Assembly (NCBI GenBank): GCA_965223415.1
Contig: OZ245002.1
Location: 5,568,001-5,632,000, forward strand
Reading direction: 5' to 3'
Origin: Myxococcota bacterium
Lineage (GTDB): Bacteria > Myxococcota_A > UBA9160 > UBA6930
Length of the DNA stretch: 64,000 nt
Below, piece after piece: positions 50,786 through 63,733 of this stretch (positions are counted from its first letter, which is position 1; each line of letters begins with the position of its first letter). The notes beneath the pieces are model-generated. The model saw only the letters and a list, made by a program, of their open reading frames with translations. It ran no database searches and was not told the origin of the DNA. A program made the translations under genes and the position numbers.

Positions 50786-52584
50786 GACTCGTCCCCGAGC
50801 TTGAGCGCGGCCAGGAAGGCCTCCTGGGGGATCTCCACGGAGCCCACCCTCTTCATGCGCCGCTTTCCTTCCTTCTGCTTCTCGAGGAGCTTGCGCTTGC
50901 GGGTGATATCGCCGCCGTAGCACTTGGCGGTGACGTTCTTGCGCAGCGCCCGTACCGTGGTCCGGGCCACGACCTTGGAGCCGATCGCCGCTTGGATCGC
51001 CACCTCGAACATCTGCCGCGGGATGAACTCCTTCAGCTTCCTCGCCAGCTCGCCGCCCCGGGCCTGGGCCTTGTCCCGGTGGACGATGAGCGAGAGCGCG
51101 TCCACGGGATCGCCGTTCACCAGGATGTCGAGCTTCACCAGCGGGGCCGCGACGTAGCCGATCAGGTCGTAGTCGTAGGAGCCGAAGCCGCGGGTGGCGC
51201 TCTTGATGCGATCGTGGAAGTCGGCCACGACCTCGGCCAGCGGCAGCTCGTAGCGGATCTGCACCCGGCTTCCGTGGACGCTCATGTCCCGTTGCCGACC
51301 GCGCCGATCCTGGCAGAGGGCGATCACCGCGCCGACGAACTCCTGAGGAACGTGGATTGTCGCCAGGATGGCGGGCTCCTCGATCGCCTCGATCAGCGTC
51401 GCATCCGGGAGCGCCGCCGGCGTCTCGATCTCGATGGTCTCGCCGTCCTTCTGGACGACGCGGTAGCGCACGGTGGGCGCCGTTGTGACGAGGGCCAGAT
51501 CGTACTCGCGCTCGAGCCGCTCCTGGATGATCTCGCAGTGGAGGAAGCCCAGGAACCCGCAGCGGAAGCCGAAGCCGAGGGCGGCGCTTGTCTCGGGTTC
51601 GTATTGGAAGGAGGCGTCGTTGAGCCGCAGCTTCTCGAGAGCGGCCTTCAGGGACGGGTAGTCCTCCGCGTCCACCGGATACAGGCCGCTGAAGACCATG
51701 GGCTTCACCTCGCGGAAGCCCGGCAGGGGCTCCGGCGCCGGCGCGCCGGCGGCGGTGAGGGTGTCTCCGATCTTCACGTCCTGCAGCGTTTTGATCCCGC
51801 AGATCACCACGCCCACCTCGCCGGCGCCCAGCTCCTTCACCTGGCGGGGGTGCGGATCGACGACGTGGAGCTCCTGCACGTCGTGCTCGCTCCCCTCGGC
51901 CATCAGCTTCACGCGGCTTCCCTTGGCGAGGGAACCGTCGACTACGCGTACCAGGGCGGCGACGCCCACGAAGGAGTCGAACCACGCGTCGAAGATCAGG
52001 GCACGCAGGGGAGCCTTCGCGCTTCCGCGGGGCGGCGGGACCTCCGCCACGATCCGCTCGAGGAGCTCGTCGACGCCGGTCCCGTCCTTGGCCGAGACCG
52101 GAAGCACGAGAGAGGCGTCGAGGCCGATCACGTCCTCCACCTCCTGGGCCGCGCCCTCCGGATCGGCGGCGGGGAGATCGATCTTGTTGGCGATAGGGAG
52201 GATCTCGAGGTCCGCATCGATGGCCAGGTAGGCATTGGCGAGGGTCTGGGCCTCGATGCCCTGGGAGGCGTCGACCACCAGCACCGCGCCCTCGCAGGCC
52301 TCGAGCGCCCGGGAGACCTCGTAGGAGAAGTCCACGTGGCCGGGCGTGTCGATCAGGTTCAGGACGTAGTCCTGGCCATCCTTCGCCCGGTAGGCCATCC
52401 GCGCCGTCTGGGCCTTGATCGTGATGCCCCGCTCCTGCTCCAGCTCCATCTTGTCGAGGAACTGGTCCCGCCGCTCGCGTTCGCCGAGCGTGCCGGTCGC
52501 ATCGAGCAGGCGATCGGCAAGGGTGCTCTTGCCGTGATCGATATGCGCGATGATGCAGAAGTTGCGGATGCGCGAAGCTTCCAT
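50782..52584 (-). CDS. lepA: Elongation factor 4
   Basis: [41 protein letters not shown]. Confidence 0.98.
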   Translation of the reverse strand: MEASRIRNFCIIAHIDHGKSTLADRLLDATGTLGERERRDQFLDKMELEQERGITIKAQTARMAYRAKDGQDYVLNLIDTPGHVDFSYEVSRALEACEGAVLVVDASQGIEAQTLANAYLAIDADLEILPIANKIDLPAADPEGAAQEVEDVIGLDASLVLPVSAKDGTGVDELLERIVAEVPPPRGSAKAPLRALIFDAWFDSFVGVAALVRVVDGSLAKGSRVKLMAEGSEHDVQELHVVDPHPRQVKELGAGEVGVVICGIKTLQDVKIGDTLTAAGAPAPEPLPGFREVKPMVFSGLYPVDAEDYPSLKAALEKLRLNDASFQYEPETSAALGFGFRCGFLGFLHCEIIQERLEREYDLALVTTAPTVRYRVVQKDGETIEIETPAALPDATLIEAIEEPAILATIHVPQEFVGAVIALCQDRRGRQRDMSVHGSRVQIRYELPLAEVVADFHDRIKSATRGFGSYDYDLIGYVAAPLVKLDILVNGDPVDALSLIVHRDKAQARGGELARKLKEFIPRQMFEVAIQAAIGSKVVARTTVRALRKNVTAKCYGGDITRKRKLLEKQKEGKRRMKRVGSVEIPQEAFLAALKLGDES

Positions 52585-53534
52585 CAGCCGCTCTTGAGAG
52601 CCTCCACGAAGTAGTCCCGGGTGCGGGCCAGGCCCTCCTCGGGGCCGATTTCCGGCTCCCAGCCGAGGACGCTACGAGCCACCGTGATGTCCGGGCGGCG
52701 GACCTTGGGATCGTCGGGCGGCAGCTCGTGGTAGACGATCCGTGACGAGCTCTGGACCAGCTCGATGATGGTCTTGGCGAGGTCGAGCATCGAGATCTCG
52801 GCCTCGCTCCCGATGTTCACCGGCATGACGTGGTCCGAGGCCAGCAGGCGCCAGATCCCCTCCACGAGATTGCTGACGTAGTTGATCGAGCGGGTCTGGG
52901 AACCTTCCCCGTAGACGGTCACGTCCTCGCCGCGGATCGCCTGGGTGAAGAAGTTCGGGATCGCCCGGCCGTCGTCGATCTGCATGCGCGGCCCGAAGGT
53001 GTTGAAGATCCGCACGATCCGCGTCGCCACCCCGTGATGTCGATGATAGGCCATGGTCATGGCCTCGGCGAAGCGCTTGGCCTCGTCGTAGACGCCGCGA
53101 ATGCCGACCGGGTTCACGTTGCCCCAGTAGGTCTCGGGCTGAGGGCTCACGTCGGGATCGCCGTAGCACTCGGAGGTGCTCGCCAGGAGGAAGCGCGCCC
53201 CCTTCGCCTTGGCGAGGCCCAGGGCCTTGTGGGTGCCGAGGGAGCCGACCTTGAGGATCTGGATCGGCAGCCGCTCGAAGTCCTTCGGACTGGCCGGCGA
53301 CGCGAAGTGCAGGATCGCGTCCAGGGGCCCGTCCACGTGCAGGTAGTTCGTGACGTCGTAGTGCTCGAAGGAGAAGCGCGGGTGACCGAGCAGCTCGGAG
53401 ATGTTCGACATGCTGCCCGTCAGCAGGTTGTCGAAGACGATCACCTCGCAGCCCTCGTCGAGAAGGCGTCGGCAGAGGTGCGAGCCGATGAAGCCCGCCC
53501 CTCCGGTGACCAGCACACGAGCGAATTCCGTCAT
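52584..53534 (-). CDS. UDP-glucuronate decarboxylase-like NAD-dependent epimerase/dehydratase
   Basis: [39 protein letters not shown]. Confidence 0.9.
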   Translation of the reverse strand: MTEFARVLVTGGAGFIGSHLCRRLLDEGCEVIVFDNLLTGSMSNISELLGHPRFSFEHYDVTNYLHVDGPLDAILHFASPASPKDFERLPIQILKVGSLGTHKALGLAKAKGARFLLASTSECYGDPDVSPQPETYWGNVNPVGIRGVYDEAKRFAEAMTMAYHRHHGVATRIVRIFNTFGPRMQIDDGRAIPNFFTQAIRGEDVTVYGEGSQTRSINYVSNLVEGIWRLLASDHVMPVNIGSEAEISMLDLAKTIIELVQSSSRIVYHELPPDDPKVRRPDITVARSVLGWEPEIGPEEGLARTRDYFVEALKSG

Positions 53535-54430
53535 CAAGCAGCTCCTTTCGCGCAGGCCCGGGGGGCTTCCGGGGTCTCGAGGTAGGCCGCCAGGGCCTCT
53601 CGCCAGGGACGCATCGGCACGCCGGCGCTCCGGGCTTTGGTGCAATCCAGCACCGAGTAGCGGGGCCGTGGCGCGGGCAGCCCCAGGGCGCCAGTGGCGA
53701 TCCGCTCGATGGGTACGGCGTCGAAGCCGCGCAGGTCGAGGGCCTCGCGGGCCAGGTCCCACCAGGTGGCCTCGCCGTCGTTTGCGAAGTGGACGAGCCC
53801 CGTAGCGCCCCATTCCAGCAGGAAGAGGATCGCCGTCGCCAGATCCTCCGCCCAGGTCGGGCGCCCGCGCTGGTCGTCGACCACACGGAGGCCCGAGCCC
53901 TCGGCCAGGGCCCGCTGGGCCTGCTCGAGCACCGCCCCGACGAAGTTGCGACCCCTCCCGAACACCCAGCTGGTGCGCACGACGAGGGCGTTCGGGTCCG
54001 CTCCGAGCACCGCCCGCTCCCCCTCCCACTTGGTCCGCCCGTAGACGCTCCGGGGCGAAGGCGGCGCCTCCTCGGGAATCGGACGACTGGCCTCGCCGTC
54101 GAAGACGTAGTCCGTCGAGACGTGCACGAAGCGGATCCCGTGGCGGACGCACAGCCGCGCCAGGCCCGCCGGCGCCTCCGCGTTCACCCGGCCGGCCAGC
54201 TCGGGCTCCTCCTCGCAGCGGTCGACGTGGGTGAAGGCCGCCGCGTTGACGAGCAGATCGGGAGGCCCGCCCTCGAGGCCGAGAAGCTCCGCCTCGACCG
54301 CCGCGGCATCCGCCACGTCGAGCTCCAGGTCCCGTCCGTGGAACACGTCGCCCCGGGCCTGGATCTGCCGCCGCAGCGCCGAGCCCAGCTGTCCCTCGGA
54401 GCCGGTCACGAACCAGCGACGGGGCGTCAC
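53534..54430 (-). CDS. rfbD: dTDP-4-dehydrorhamnose reductase
   Basis: [43 protein letters not shown]. Confidence 0.93.
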   Translation of the reverse strand: MTPRRWFVTGSEGQLGSALRRQIQARGDVFHGRDLELDVADAAAVEAELLGLEGGPPDLLVNAAAFTHVDRCEEEPELAGRVNAEAPAGLARLCVRHGIRFVHVSTDYVFDGEASRPIPEEAPPSPRSVYGRTKWEGERAVLGADPNALVVRTSWVFGRGRNFVGAVLEQAQRALAEGSGLRVVDDQRGRPTWAEDLATAILFLLEWGATGLVHFANDGEATWWDLAREALDLRGFDAVPIERIATGALGLPAPRPRYSVLDCTKARSAGVPMRPWREALAAYLETPEAPRACAKGAA

Positions 54431-54978
54431 CGGGGATCCCGGGAGAGCAGCCACGTCGGGAGGCGGTGCTCCCGCTTGAGACGCGCGGCGAGCTGCTCCG
54501 CCTCCTCCCGTTCGGCGAGCGGCCCCACGCGCACCTTGAAGCGCGCCGAGCCGCCGGTGTCCTCGGCCACGTAGACCGGGAAGCCGGCCTGGCGCAGCTC
54601 CCGGGCCAGGCCCTCGGCCGCCTCGCGCTCGCCGAAGGCACCGACCTGCACGGCGTGCCCCCCACCGCGGGTCGGCGGCGCCGGAGCGGCGACCTGGGGC
54701 CGCTCGGGCGTCCGGGCGGGCACTTCCGCTTCGGCGGGCGGCGCCCCGAGCGGGGTCGGTTCGGCCGGCGGATCGAAGGACGGCGCCCCCTCCCCTTCCA
54801 CGGGCACGGCGGTCGTGCGTCCGCTGAAGTGGTCCATCACCAGGTCCGGCTCCTCCCAGGCCGCGCCGGCGACCAGCCCCACGCCGAAGCCCAGGACGAT
54901 CAGCACGGCGGCGCCGCCCAGGGTGGCGAACCAGCCCGGCCCCTCGCCCTGCCTGCGGCGGCGCTCCCCCTCGCTCAC
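54427..54978 (-). CDS. SPOR-domain cell division protein
   Basis: N-terminal TM, Pro/Ala linker, VQVGAF..RVGP SPOR domain; follows argS. Confidence 0.85.
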   Translation of the reverse strand: MSEGERRRRQGEGPGWFATLGGAAVLIVLGFGVGLVAGAAWEEPDLVMDHFSGRTTAVPVEGEGAPSFDPPAEPTPLGAPPAEAEVPARTPERPQVAAPAPPTRGGGHAVQVGAFGEREAAEGLARELRQAGFPVYVAEDTGGSARFKVRVGPLAEREEAEQLAARLKREHRLPTWLLSRDPR

Positions 54979-56708
54979 ATCCGCTCCGGCGCGGCCATGC
55001 CCAAGAGCTCGAGGCCGCGAGCCAGCACGATGCGCACGCCCTGGGTGAGCCCGAGCCGCGCCGCCGTCAGGCCGGCATCGTCCGTGAGCACCGCGTGGCG
55101 CTGCTTGTCCTGCACGTAGGGATTCCAGAGGCCGGCGACCTCGCGCAGGTAGTAGGCCAGATGGTGGGGCGCGCGGGTCTCGGCGGCTCGCAGCGCCACC
55201 TCGGGCAGCTCGCCGAGCTTCTTGATGAGCTCGATCTCCTCCGGGAGCTCGAGCCGGGAGGTGTCGACCTCTTCCGGGGCCGGCATCGGGACGCCGCGTT
55301 TTCGCGCCTCGCGCTCGATGCCGTGGGTGCGGGCGTGGGCGTACTGCAGGTAGAAGGCCGGGTTCTTGGTCCAGTCCTGCTCCTTGGCCAGGTCGAGATC
55401 GAAATCGAGATGGCTCTCCGGCCGCCGCTGCACCATGAAGAGGCGGAACACATCGGGGCCCACCTCCGCCAGCAGCTCGTCGACGGTGATGAAGGTGGCC
55501 TTGCGCGTCGACTGCTTGACGGTGCGGCCGCCGCTCGAGAGCGTCACGAACTCGTGGAAGACGAACTCGATGCGGTCCGGATCGTGGCCGAGGGCCTGCA
55601 TCGCGGCCCTGACGAACGGCCCCTGGTCCTTGTGGTCGGCCCCCTGCACATCGATCACCGCGTCGAAGCCGCGAGCAAACTTGTCCCGGTGATAGGCGAC
55701 GTCCGGCAGCAGGTAGGTCGGCTCGCCGCTGCTCTTCACGATGACGCGCTCGCGATCGAGACCGAGCTCCGAAAAGCGCAGCCAGACCGCGCCGTCCTCG
55801 TCGTAGACCAGGCCGGTCTCCCGGAGCGCCTCGAGGGTTTCCTCGATCTTGCCGTCGTCGTAGAGGGACTGCTCGCTGAAGTACACGTCGAAGTCGATGT
55901 CGAGGGCGTCCAGGGTCTGGCGGATGTCGTGGAAGATGGTCCGCTCGGCCACCTCGCGGAAGCGCCCGTCGCCGGGCTCGTCGACGAGCGTCTCGGCCTC
56001 CTCGTCGATCAGCTGCCGGGCGATCTCGACGATGTAGTCGCCCTGGTAGCCGTCCTGGGGAAAGACGATCGGCAGTCCGTCCCGCTCCTCCGGCCACGGC
56101 GCCTTCTCGTCGTTCAGCGCTGCGGGATCCGGCGGTGCGGCCCGGCCCAGGCCCTCGAGGTAGCGGGCGCGGACCGAGTCGCCGAGCACCCGCATCTGTC
56201 GCCCGCCGTTGTTGAAGTAGTACTCGCGGGTGATGCGATAGCCCGCGTTCTGCAGGAGCCGCGCGATGCAGTCACCCAGGATCGCTTGGCGGCCGTGCCC
56301 GATGGAGAGGGGACCCGTCGGGTTCGCGGAGACGAACTCCACCTGGACGGGCGCTTCCTTGCCCGCGTCGCTGCGCCCGTAGGCGGTGCCGGCCCGCAGC
56401 AGGTTCCCGAGCAGAGCCTGCCAGCGATCGCCGGAGAGCCAGAGGTTGACGAAGCCCGGCCCCGCGATCTCGGCCCGGGCCACCAGGCCGCCGGCGTCCC
56501 CCAGGGCGGTGATCAGCTCCTGGGCGATCTCCCGGGGCGGCCGCTTCAGGCGCTTCGCCAGCACCATCGCGCCGTTGCAGGCGAAGTCCCCGTGCTCCTT
56601 CTGGCGGGGCGGCTCCACGGAGACCGGCGGCACGGCGCCCTCGTCGCCTGCCGCCACCAGCAGCCGGCCGAGGGCCAGCTGGATCTGCTCCGCCAATCGC
56701 TCCCGCAT
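54975..56708 (-). CDS. argS: Arginine--tRNA ligase
   Basis: HGDFACN, VEFVSANPTGPLSIGHGR, YLQYAHAR. Confidence 0.96.
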   Translation of the reverse strand: MRERLAEQIQLALGRLLVAAGDEGAVPPVSVEPPRQKEHGDFACNGAMVLAKRLKRPPREIAQELITALGDAGGLVARAEIAGPGFVNLWLSGDRWQALLGNLLRAGTAYGRSDAGKEAPVQVEFVSANPTGPLSIGHGRQAILGDCIARLLQNAGYRITREYYFNNGGRQMRVLGDSVRARYLEGLGRAAPPDPAALNDEKAPWPEERDGLPIVFPQDGYQGDYIVEIARQLIDEEAETLVDEPGDGRFREVAERTIFHDIRQTLDALDIDFDVYFSEQSLYDDGKIEETLEALRETGLVYDEDGAVWLRFSELGLDRERVIVKSSGEPTYLLPDVAYHRDKFARGFDAVIDVQGADHKDQGPFVRAAMQALGHDPDRIEFVFHEFVTLSSGGRTVKQSTRKATFITVDELLAEVGPDVFRLFMVQRRPESHLDFDLDLAKEQDWTKNPAFYLQYAHARTHGIEREARKRGVPMPAPEEVDTSRLELPEEIELIKKLGELPEVALRAAETRAPHHLAYYLREVAGLWNPYVQDKQRHAVLTDDAGLTAARLGLTQGVRIVLARGLELLGMAAPERM

Positions 56709-56745
56709 CGTCTCCTCGACCGGCCGGGCCGGTCTACGGGCGGAC

Positions 56746-57081
56746 CTAGCCCTCGGGGTCACCGGAATCGCGCAGGCGGACCCGGCCATCGGAGTCGGCG
56801 GAATCCCGCAGGATCACGACGGTTTCTCCGGCCCGCGCGAGCCCCAGATCCTCGCGAATGGCGGCTTCGATGGCGAGGGGGTCCCCCTCCAGGCGGCCGG
56901 CCCGGGCCTCATCGGAGGTGATCTCGCGCTCCAGGGCCGCGATCCGGCCGTGGGCGGCGGCCAGATCCTCCCGGAGGCTGAGCCAGCGGCGAATCCCGGT
57001 CTCCGGGTCCACCCAGGCGAACACCCAGGCCGCGGCCAGGATCGCCGGGGCGAGCCACACCTGCCGTGTTCCGAGACGCAC
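56746..57081 (-). CDS. Septum formation initiator (FtsB/DivIC family)
   Basis: TM helix, coiled coil, IEAAIREDLGLARAGE. Confidence 0.75.
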   Translation of the reverse strand: MRLGTRQVWLAPAILAAAWVFAWVDPETGIRRWLSLREDLAAAHGRIAALEREITSDEARAGRLEGDPLAIEAAIREDLGLARAGETVVILRDSADSDGRVRLRDSGDPEG

Positions 57082-57134
57082 CGAACTCCCCCCGGCCCGG
57101 GAGCATACCGATCCGCCGCCCGGGGGGAAGGCCA

Positions 57135-57647
57135 CTACTCGAGCAGGCGCTCGATGCGGGCGACGTAGGCCGGGGCGTCCCACTCCCGGGGGCCGATGTA
57201 ACGCTCCACGATCATGCCGTCCCGGCCGATCAGGTAGCTCTCGGGGAAGCGCTGGCTCTGGTAGACGCCGGCGACGGTCCGGTCCGGGTCCATCAGGATG
57301 GGGAAGGTCAGCTCGAGACGGTCGCGGAACGGGCGGACCGGCTCGTCGCTGTCGTCGACCGAGACGGCCAGCAGCTCGAAGCCGCGGTCTCGCAGCGCCT
57401 GATAGAGGCGCTCCATGGCGGGCATCTCGTCCTCGCAGGGCTTGCACCAGGTGGCCCAGAAGTTCACCAGCACCACCTGCCCCCGCCGGCTCTCGAGGGC
57501 GACCGATGCGCCGTCGAGATCAGGCAGGGTGAACGCGGGTGCCGGCAGGCCCGCGGAGATCGGGGGCGGCGTGCGCCCTTCGGACAGCAGCCAGCCGATC
57601 CCGACGGCGATGCCGAGACCGAGCAGCATCGCCCCGGCGCGGTGCAT
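57135..57647 (-). CDS. TlpA/ResA-like thiol-disulfide oxidoreductase
   Basis: APAFTLPDL, VNFWATWCKPC, FPESYLIGRDG. Confidence 0.92.
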   Translation of the reverse strand: MHRAGAMLLGLGIAVGIGWLLSEGRTPPPISAGLPAPAFTLPDLDGASVALESRRGQVVLVNFWATWCKPCEDEMPAMERLYQALRDRGFELLAVSVDDSDEPVRPFRDRLELTFPILMDPDRTVAGVYQSQRFPESYLIGRDGMIVERYIGPREWDAPAYVARIERLLE

Positions 57648-57662
57648 GCTGGCACGCCCTCG

Positions 57663-58034
57663 CTACGACTCCGCCGACTCGCGGTCGACCAGCTCTACCA
57701 GGGACATCGGAGCCGCATCGCCGACTCGCTGCCGGACCTTCAGCACCCGGGTGTAGCCGCCGGGCCGCTCCTTGTAGCGATCCGCGAGCTGGTCGAAGAG
57801 CTTGGCCGTCACCTTCCTGTCCCGGATCACCGAGAGCGCCTGGCGCCGCGCGTGCAGGTCGCCGCGCTTGCCGAGGGTGATCATCCGGTCGGCGATGCGG
57901 CGCAGCTCCTTCGCCTTCGCGTCGGTGGTCTCCACGGCCTCGTGATCGAGGAGCGACGTCACGAGATTGCGCAGCATCGCCTTCCGGTGGGCACTCGTGC
58001 GCCCGAGCTTTCCGTGTCGGTATCGATGGCGCAT
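57663..58034 (-). CDS. rplQ: 50S ribosomal protein L17
   Basis: [20 protein letters not shown]. Confidence 0.97.
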   Translation of the reverse strand: MRHRYRHGKLGRTSAHRKAMLRNLVTSLLDHEAVETTDAKAKELRRIADRMITLGKRGDLHARRQALSVIRDRKVTAKLFDQLADRYKERPGGYTRVLKVRQRVGDAAPMSLVELVDRESAES

Positions 58035-58037
58035 CGG

Positions 58038-59063
58038 TCAGGCCTCTCGGTCTCGCGACCGCTGGTCGAGCTCCTTGCGGGAGGGGAAGCTGTCGAGGGC
58101 CATGCCCAGCTCGAGGTCCATCGAGCTCAGCACGTCCTTGATCTCGTTCAGCGACTTCCGGCCGAAGTTCTTCGTCTTCAGCATTTCGCCTTCGGTCCTC
58201 TGCACCAGCTCTCCGATGTAGCGGATGTTGGCGTTCTGCAGACAGTTGGCCGAGCGAACCGAGAGCTCCAGCTCGTCCACCGAGCGGAAGAGGTTCGGGT
58301 TGAGGGGCTCCGGCTCCTCCAGCGCGGAGACCGCCGCCTCTTCCGGCTCCTCGAAGTTGATGAAGATGGCCAGCTGGTCCTTCAGGATCTTGGCGCCATA
58401 GGCCACGGCGTCCGCCGGCTCGACGGAGCCGTCGGTCCAGACCTCGAGGTTCAGCCGGTCGAAGTCCGTATCGCGACCGACCCGCGCCGGCGTGACCGAG
58501 TAGTTCACCTTGCGGACGGGCGAGAAGATCGAGTCGATCGGAATCGTCCCGATCGGCATGTCCTCCTGCTTGTTCCGCTCGGCGAGGCGGTAGCCCTTGC
58601 CCAGCTCGACCGTGCACTCCAACTCCACGTCGGCTTCGCCGGTGAGCGTGCAGATCTTGTGGTCCGGATTCATGATCTCGAGGGTCTGGTCGTCCGACGA
58701 GAGCTCGCCGGCCAGCAGCGAGCCCGCCCCGCTCTTGCGCACCCGCAGGGTCTTCGGACCCTCCGCGTGCATCCGCAGGCGAACCTCCTTCAGGTTCAAG
58801 ATGATGTCCGCCACGTCCTCGGTGACGCCCGGGATCGTCGAGAACTCGTGGAGGACGCCGTTGATCCGCACCGAGGTGATCGCCGCGCCCTGGAGCGAAG
58901 AGAGCAGCACCCGCCGCAGCGAGTTGCCCAGGGTCTGGCCGAAGCCGCGCTCCAGGGGTTCGCAAGAGAAGCGGTTGTAGGTCTGCTGGTCGCCGTCTTC
59001 CGCGTCGAGCCGCCGGGGGCGGATGAGCTGGCGCCAGTTCCGGGTGATGAGTTCCTGCTGCAT
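58038..59063 (-). CDS. rpoA: RNA polymerase alpha subunit
   Basis: [41 protein letters not shown]. Confidence 0.98.
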   Translation of the reverse strand: MQQELITRNWRQLIRPRRLDAEDGDQQTYNRFSCEPLERGFGQTLGNSLRRVLLSSLQGAAITSVRINGVLHEFSTIPGVTEDVADIILNLKEVRLRMHAEGPKTLRVRKSGAGSLLAGELSSDDQTLEIMNPDHKICTLTGEADVELECTVELGKGYRLAERNKQEDMPIGTIPIDSIFSPVRKVNYSVTPARVGRDTDFDRLNLEVWTDGSVEPADAVAYGAKILKDQLAIFINFEEPEEAAVSALEEPEPLNPNLFRSVDELELSVRSANCLQNANIRYIGELVQRTEGEMLKTKNFGRKSLNEIKDVLSSMDLELGMALDSFPSRKELDQRSRDREA

Positions 59064-59076
59064 GTTGGGTTCCCCC

Positions 59077-59706
59077 CTAGTACCGGGAATAGAGCTCGAC
59101 GATCAGCTGCTCTTCGATGGGCAGCGTGATGTCCTCACGCTGAGGCAGCGCCGTCACCGTGCCCTCGAACTGTTCTTTCTCGATCTCGAGCCAGCCGGGC
59201 ACCGCGCGGCTCTCGAGGGTCTCGAGCGCGCCCACGATGCGAGCCACCTCCCGCGACCTCTCGCGGAGGACGATCTTCATGCCGGGTCGGGTGAGGAAGG
59301 ACGGCGTGCTCGTCTTGCGGCCGTTCACCAGGAAGTGGCCGTGTTTCACGAGCTGGCGAGCCTCGGCGCGGGACGTGGCGAACCCGAGGCGGAAGACCAC
59401 GTTGTCGAGCCGCCGCTCGAGGAGCCCGAGCAGGTTGTCGCCCGCCCGGCCCTTCATGCGGCTCGCCCTGTGGACCGTCGCGGCGAACTGCTTCTCCAGC
59501 AGGCCGTACATCCGCTTCACCTTCTGCTTCTCACGCAGCTGGACGCCGTAGTCCGAGAAGCGCGGCCGGCCCTGGCCGTGTTGGCCGGGCGGGTAGGCGC
59601 GTCGGTCGACGGAGCAACGCTCGCTGTAGCAGCGGTCGCCCTTCAGGAAGAGCTTCGTCCCTTCCCGGCGGCACAGCCTGCACACGGAACCTCGATACCT
59701 TGCCAT
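59077..59706 (-). CDS. rpsD: 30S ribosomal protein S4
   Basis: [32 protein letters not shown]. Confidence 0.98.
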   Translation of the reverse strand: MARYRGSVCRLCRREGTKLFLKGDRCYSERCSVDRRAYPPGQHGQGRPRFSDYGVQLREKQKVKRMYGLLEKQFAATVHRASRMKGRAGDNLLGLLERRLDNVVFRLGFATSRAEARQLVKHGHFLVNGRKTSTPSFLTRPGMKIVLRERSREVARIVGALETLESRAVPGWLEIEKEQFEGTVTALPQREDITLPIEEQLIVELYSRY

Positions 59707-59714
59707 GAGGTCTC

Positions 59715-60095
59715 CTAGACCCGGCGCCGCTTCGGCGGGCGGCAGCCGTTGTGGGGAACCGGGGTGACGTCGCGGATCATCGTGACACGCATCCCCGCGG
59801 CCTGGAGAGCCCGAAGGGCCGACTCACGTCCGGCGCCCGGGCCCTTCACGTAGACCGAGATCGTGCGAACCCCGTGCTCCATGGCCCGCTTGGCACAATC
59901 CTCCGCCGCCACCTGGGCGGCGAAGGGCGTCGACTTGCGCGAGCCCTTGAAGTGCTGGCCGGCGCTTCCCCACGCGAGGGTGCCACCGCCCGGATCGGTG
60001 ATCGTGATGATCGTGTTGTTGAACGTCGACTGGATGTGAGCCACACCCGTCGCGATGTTCTTCTTGACCTTCTTCTTCGAGCCCTTCTTGACCAT
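59715..60095 (-). CDS. rpsK: 30S ribosomal protein S11
   Basis: [27 protein letters not shown]. Confidence 0.98.
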   Translation of the reverse strand: MVKKGSKKKVKKNIATGVAHIQSTFNNTIITITDPGGGTLAWGSAGQHFKGSRKSTPFAAQVAAEDCAKRAMEHGVRTISVYVKGPGAGRESALRALQAAGMRVTMIRDVTPVPHNGCRPPKRRRV

Positions 60096-60101
60096 CCCTA
60101 C

Positions 60102-60485
60102 CTACTTCTTCGTCGGGGCCTTCTTCTTGCCGGCCACCGTCTTGCGCGGGCCCTTGCGGGTCCGCGCGTTGGTATGAGTCCGCTGACCGCGCACCGGGAG
60201 TCCCCGGCGATGCCGCAGCCCGCGATAGCAGCCGATGTCCATCAGCAGCTTGATGTTCTGGGAGACCTCCCGGCGGAGGTCGCCCTCCACCTGGTAGTCC
60301 CGCTCGATGATCTCGCGGAGCTTGATCACCTCGCCCTCTCCGAGGAGGTCCGTCTTCGTCCCGGCGTCCACCTCGGCCTTGCCGCAGATCTCCACGGCTC
60401 GGCTTCGGCCGATGCCGAAGATGTAGGTGAGTGCGATTCCGATCTGCTTGTTGCGCGGAAGGTCCACGCCAGCGATTCGTGCCAT
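60102..60485 (-). CDS. rpsM: 30S ribosomal protein S13
   Basis: [27 protein letters not shown]. Confidence 0.98.
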   Translation of the reverse strand: MARIAGVDLPRNKQIGIALTYIFGIGRSRAVEICGKAEVDAGTKTDLLGEGEVIKLREIIERDYQVEGDLRREVSQNIKLLMDIGCYRGLRHRRGLPVRGQRTHTNARTRKGPRKTVAGKKKAPTKK

Positions 60486-60489
60486 GTCG

Positions 60490-60603
60490 CTACCCCTGTC
60501 GCTGCTTGTGCTTCGGGTTGTCGCAGATGACGCGCACCACGCCGCGTCTCCGGATGATCCGGCACTTCTCACACATCTTCTTCACCGATGCCCTGACCTT
60601 CAT
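60490..60603 (-). CDS. rpmJ: 50S ribosomal protein L36
   Basis: [37 protein letters not shown] (read manually, below the ORF-track cutoff). Confidence 0.96.
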   Translation of the reverse strand: MKVRASVKKMCEKCRIIRRRGVVRVICDNPKHKQRQG

Positions 60604-60682
60604 GTCAGCTCCCTCGCCCTTCGGATGCCCTGACCTTCATGTCAGCTCCCTCGCCCTTCGGATGCCCTGACCTTCATGTCAG
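60587..60682 (-). repeat. 37-bp tandem repeat of the adk/rpmJ junction (2.6 copies)
   Basis: GATGCCCTGACCTTCATGTCAG at 60587, 60624 and 60661. Confidence 0.95.
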
Positions 60683-61251
60683 TTCCTGCTCGAGCGCCGC
60701 GGCAATGCGCGCCGCCACCTCGTCGATCTCGCCCAGGCCGTCGACCAGGACGAGGATTCCCATCGCGCCGTAGTACTCGATGAGCGGCGCCGTCTTCTCC
60801 CGGTACTCGCCCATGCGCGTCCGGATCGACTCCTCGTTGTCGTCGGTGCGGCCCTCGATCTTCGCCCGCTTCAGCAGCCGCCCGACCAGTTCGTCCTCGT
60901 CGACCGTGAGCGCCACGCAGCGCTCCAGGGTGACGCCCAGCTTCGGCAACAGCTCGTCCAGCGCCTCGGCCTGGGCGCGGGTGCGCGGGAAGCCGTCCAG
61001 AACGAAGCCCTTGGCCGCGTCCGGCTCCGAGAGACGCTCCCGGGCCACGCCGATCACGACTTCGTCCGGCACGAGCTCCCCGGCGTCCATGTGCGCCTGG
61101 GCCCGCCGCCCGACCTCGGTGCCGGCCGCCACGGCGGCACGCAGCATGTCCCCGGTGGAGACCTGGGGAATGCCCAGCTCGTCGACCAGGCGCTGGGCCT
61201 GGGTGCCCTTGCCCGCGCCGGGCGGGCCGAGCAGCAGCAGACGACGCGCCG

Positions 61252-61255
<4 letters not shown>
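60674..61255 (-). CDS. adk: Adenylate kinase (short LID)
   Basis: GPPGAGKGTQA, STGDMLR, LDGFPRT, GRTDD. Confidence 0.97.
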
Positions 61256-62564
<1,309 letters not shown>

Positions 62565-62568
<4 letters not shown>

Positions 62569-63005
62569 GCCACGATCTCCACGCTTCCGCCGGCGGCCTC
62601 GACCTTCTCCTTCGCCGAGGCACTGGCGCGCTGGACCTTGATCGTGAGCTTGGCCGGGGCCTCGCCCTCGCCGAGCAGCTTCACCGGGGCCTTGCCGCCG
62701 ACGAGACCCTTGCGGGCGAGCAGCTCCACGTCGACCGTGGCGCCCTCTCCGAAGCCAGCGAGATCCCGCAGGTTCACGATGTCCACGGGCTTGCGGTGGA
62801 TGTTCGTGAAGCCGCGCTTGGGGATGCGGCGGACCAGCGGCATCTGGCCGCCCTCGAACCAGAGCGGCGTCTCCCTGCCAGCGGAGCGATGTCCCTGGCC
62901 CTTGGTGCCGCGTCCTGCCGTCTTGCCGGTTCCGGAGCCGGGACCCCGACCCACCCGCTTCTTCCGACGACGAGCGCCGTGCTTCGGCTCGAGCCGATCG
63001 AGCAT
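62565..63005 (-). CDS. rplO: 50S ribosomal protein L15
   Basis: RVGRGPGSGTGKTAGRG, FEGGQMPL..PKRGF. Confidence 0.97.
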
Positions 63006-63007
63006 CG

Positions 63008-63187
63008 CTACTCCTCCACTCGAACGAGATGAGGAACCTTCAGGATCATCCCGCGCACCGACGGCGTGTCGTCAACTACGACCGTGTGGCGGATACGGCG
63101 CAGCCCGAGGCCGCGCAGGGTCGCCCGCTGCTTGCGGTCGTATCCGATGGAGCTCTTCACCTGGGTCACCCGGATCTTGCCGCTCAT
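63008..63187 (-). CDS. rpmD: 50S ribosomal protein L30
   Basis: [40 protein letters not shown] (read manually). Confidence 0.95.
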   Translation of the reverse strand: MSGKIRVTQVKSSIGYDRKQRATLRGLGLRRIRHTVVVDDTPSVRGMILKVPHLVRVEE

Positions 63188-63678
63188 CGCGCCAGCTCCG
63201 CCCGACGCTCCTCGGGATCTCGCAGCTCGGTGAGTGCGCTGATCGTGGCATTCACGGCGTTGTGCGGGTTGTTCGTGCCCAGGTTCTTCGAGAGCACGTC
63301 GCGAACGCCAGCCGATTCGAGCACGGCGCGCACGCCGCCGCCCGCGATCACGCCGGTTCCCGCGGAGGCCGGCTTCAGCAGCACCCGCCCGGCCCCGAAG
63401 CGGCCGGTGATGGCGTGGGGCAGCGTCCCCTCGACGAGCGGCACGCGGACCAGGTTCTTGCGCGCCCGGTCCACCCCCTTACGGATGGCCTCCGGCACCT
63501 CGCCCGCCTTGCCGAGGCCGACGCCCACGACGCCGGCTCCGTCGCCCACGACGACGAGGGCACTGAAGCTGAACCGTCGCCCGCCCTTGACGACCTTCGC
63601 GACCCGGTTGATGTGGATCACCCGATCGTTCAGCTCGTAGTCGTTGGCGTTCAGCCGTTCCGAATGCTGGATCTTCAT
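63184..63678 (-). CDS. rpsE: 30S ribosomal protein S5
   Basis: [32 protein letters not shown]. Confidence 0.98.
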   Translation of the reverse strand: MKIQHSERLNANDYELNDRVIHINRVAKVVKGGRRFSFSALVVVGDGAGVVGVGLGKAGEVPEAIRKGVDRARKNLVRVPLVEGTLPHAITGRFGAGRVLLKPASAGTGVIAGGGVRAVLESAGVRDVLSKNLGTNNPHNAVNATISALTELRDPEERRAELAR

Positions 63679-63733
63679 GCGTTCCCTCGGAACCGGATCG
63701 TTCTCTCGTTTTTCATGCGTTCCCTCAGAACCG
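63674..63733 (-). repeat. 22-bp direct repeat (period 38) of the rplR/rpsE junction
   Basis: TTCATGCGTTCCCTC(G/A)GAACCG at 63674 and 63712. Confidence 0.9.

Noticed and set aside
60587..60682. CRISPR array (22-bp repeat, 15-bp spacer)
   Set aside because: Fillers are identical and too short; the repeat is the rpmJ start
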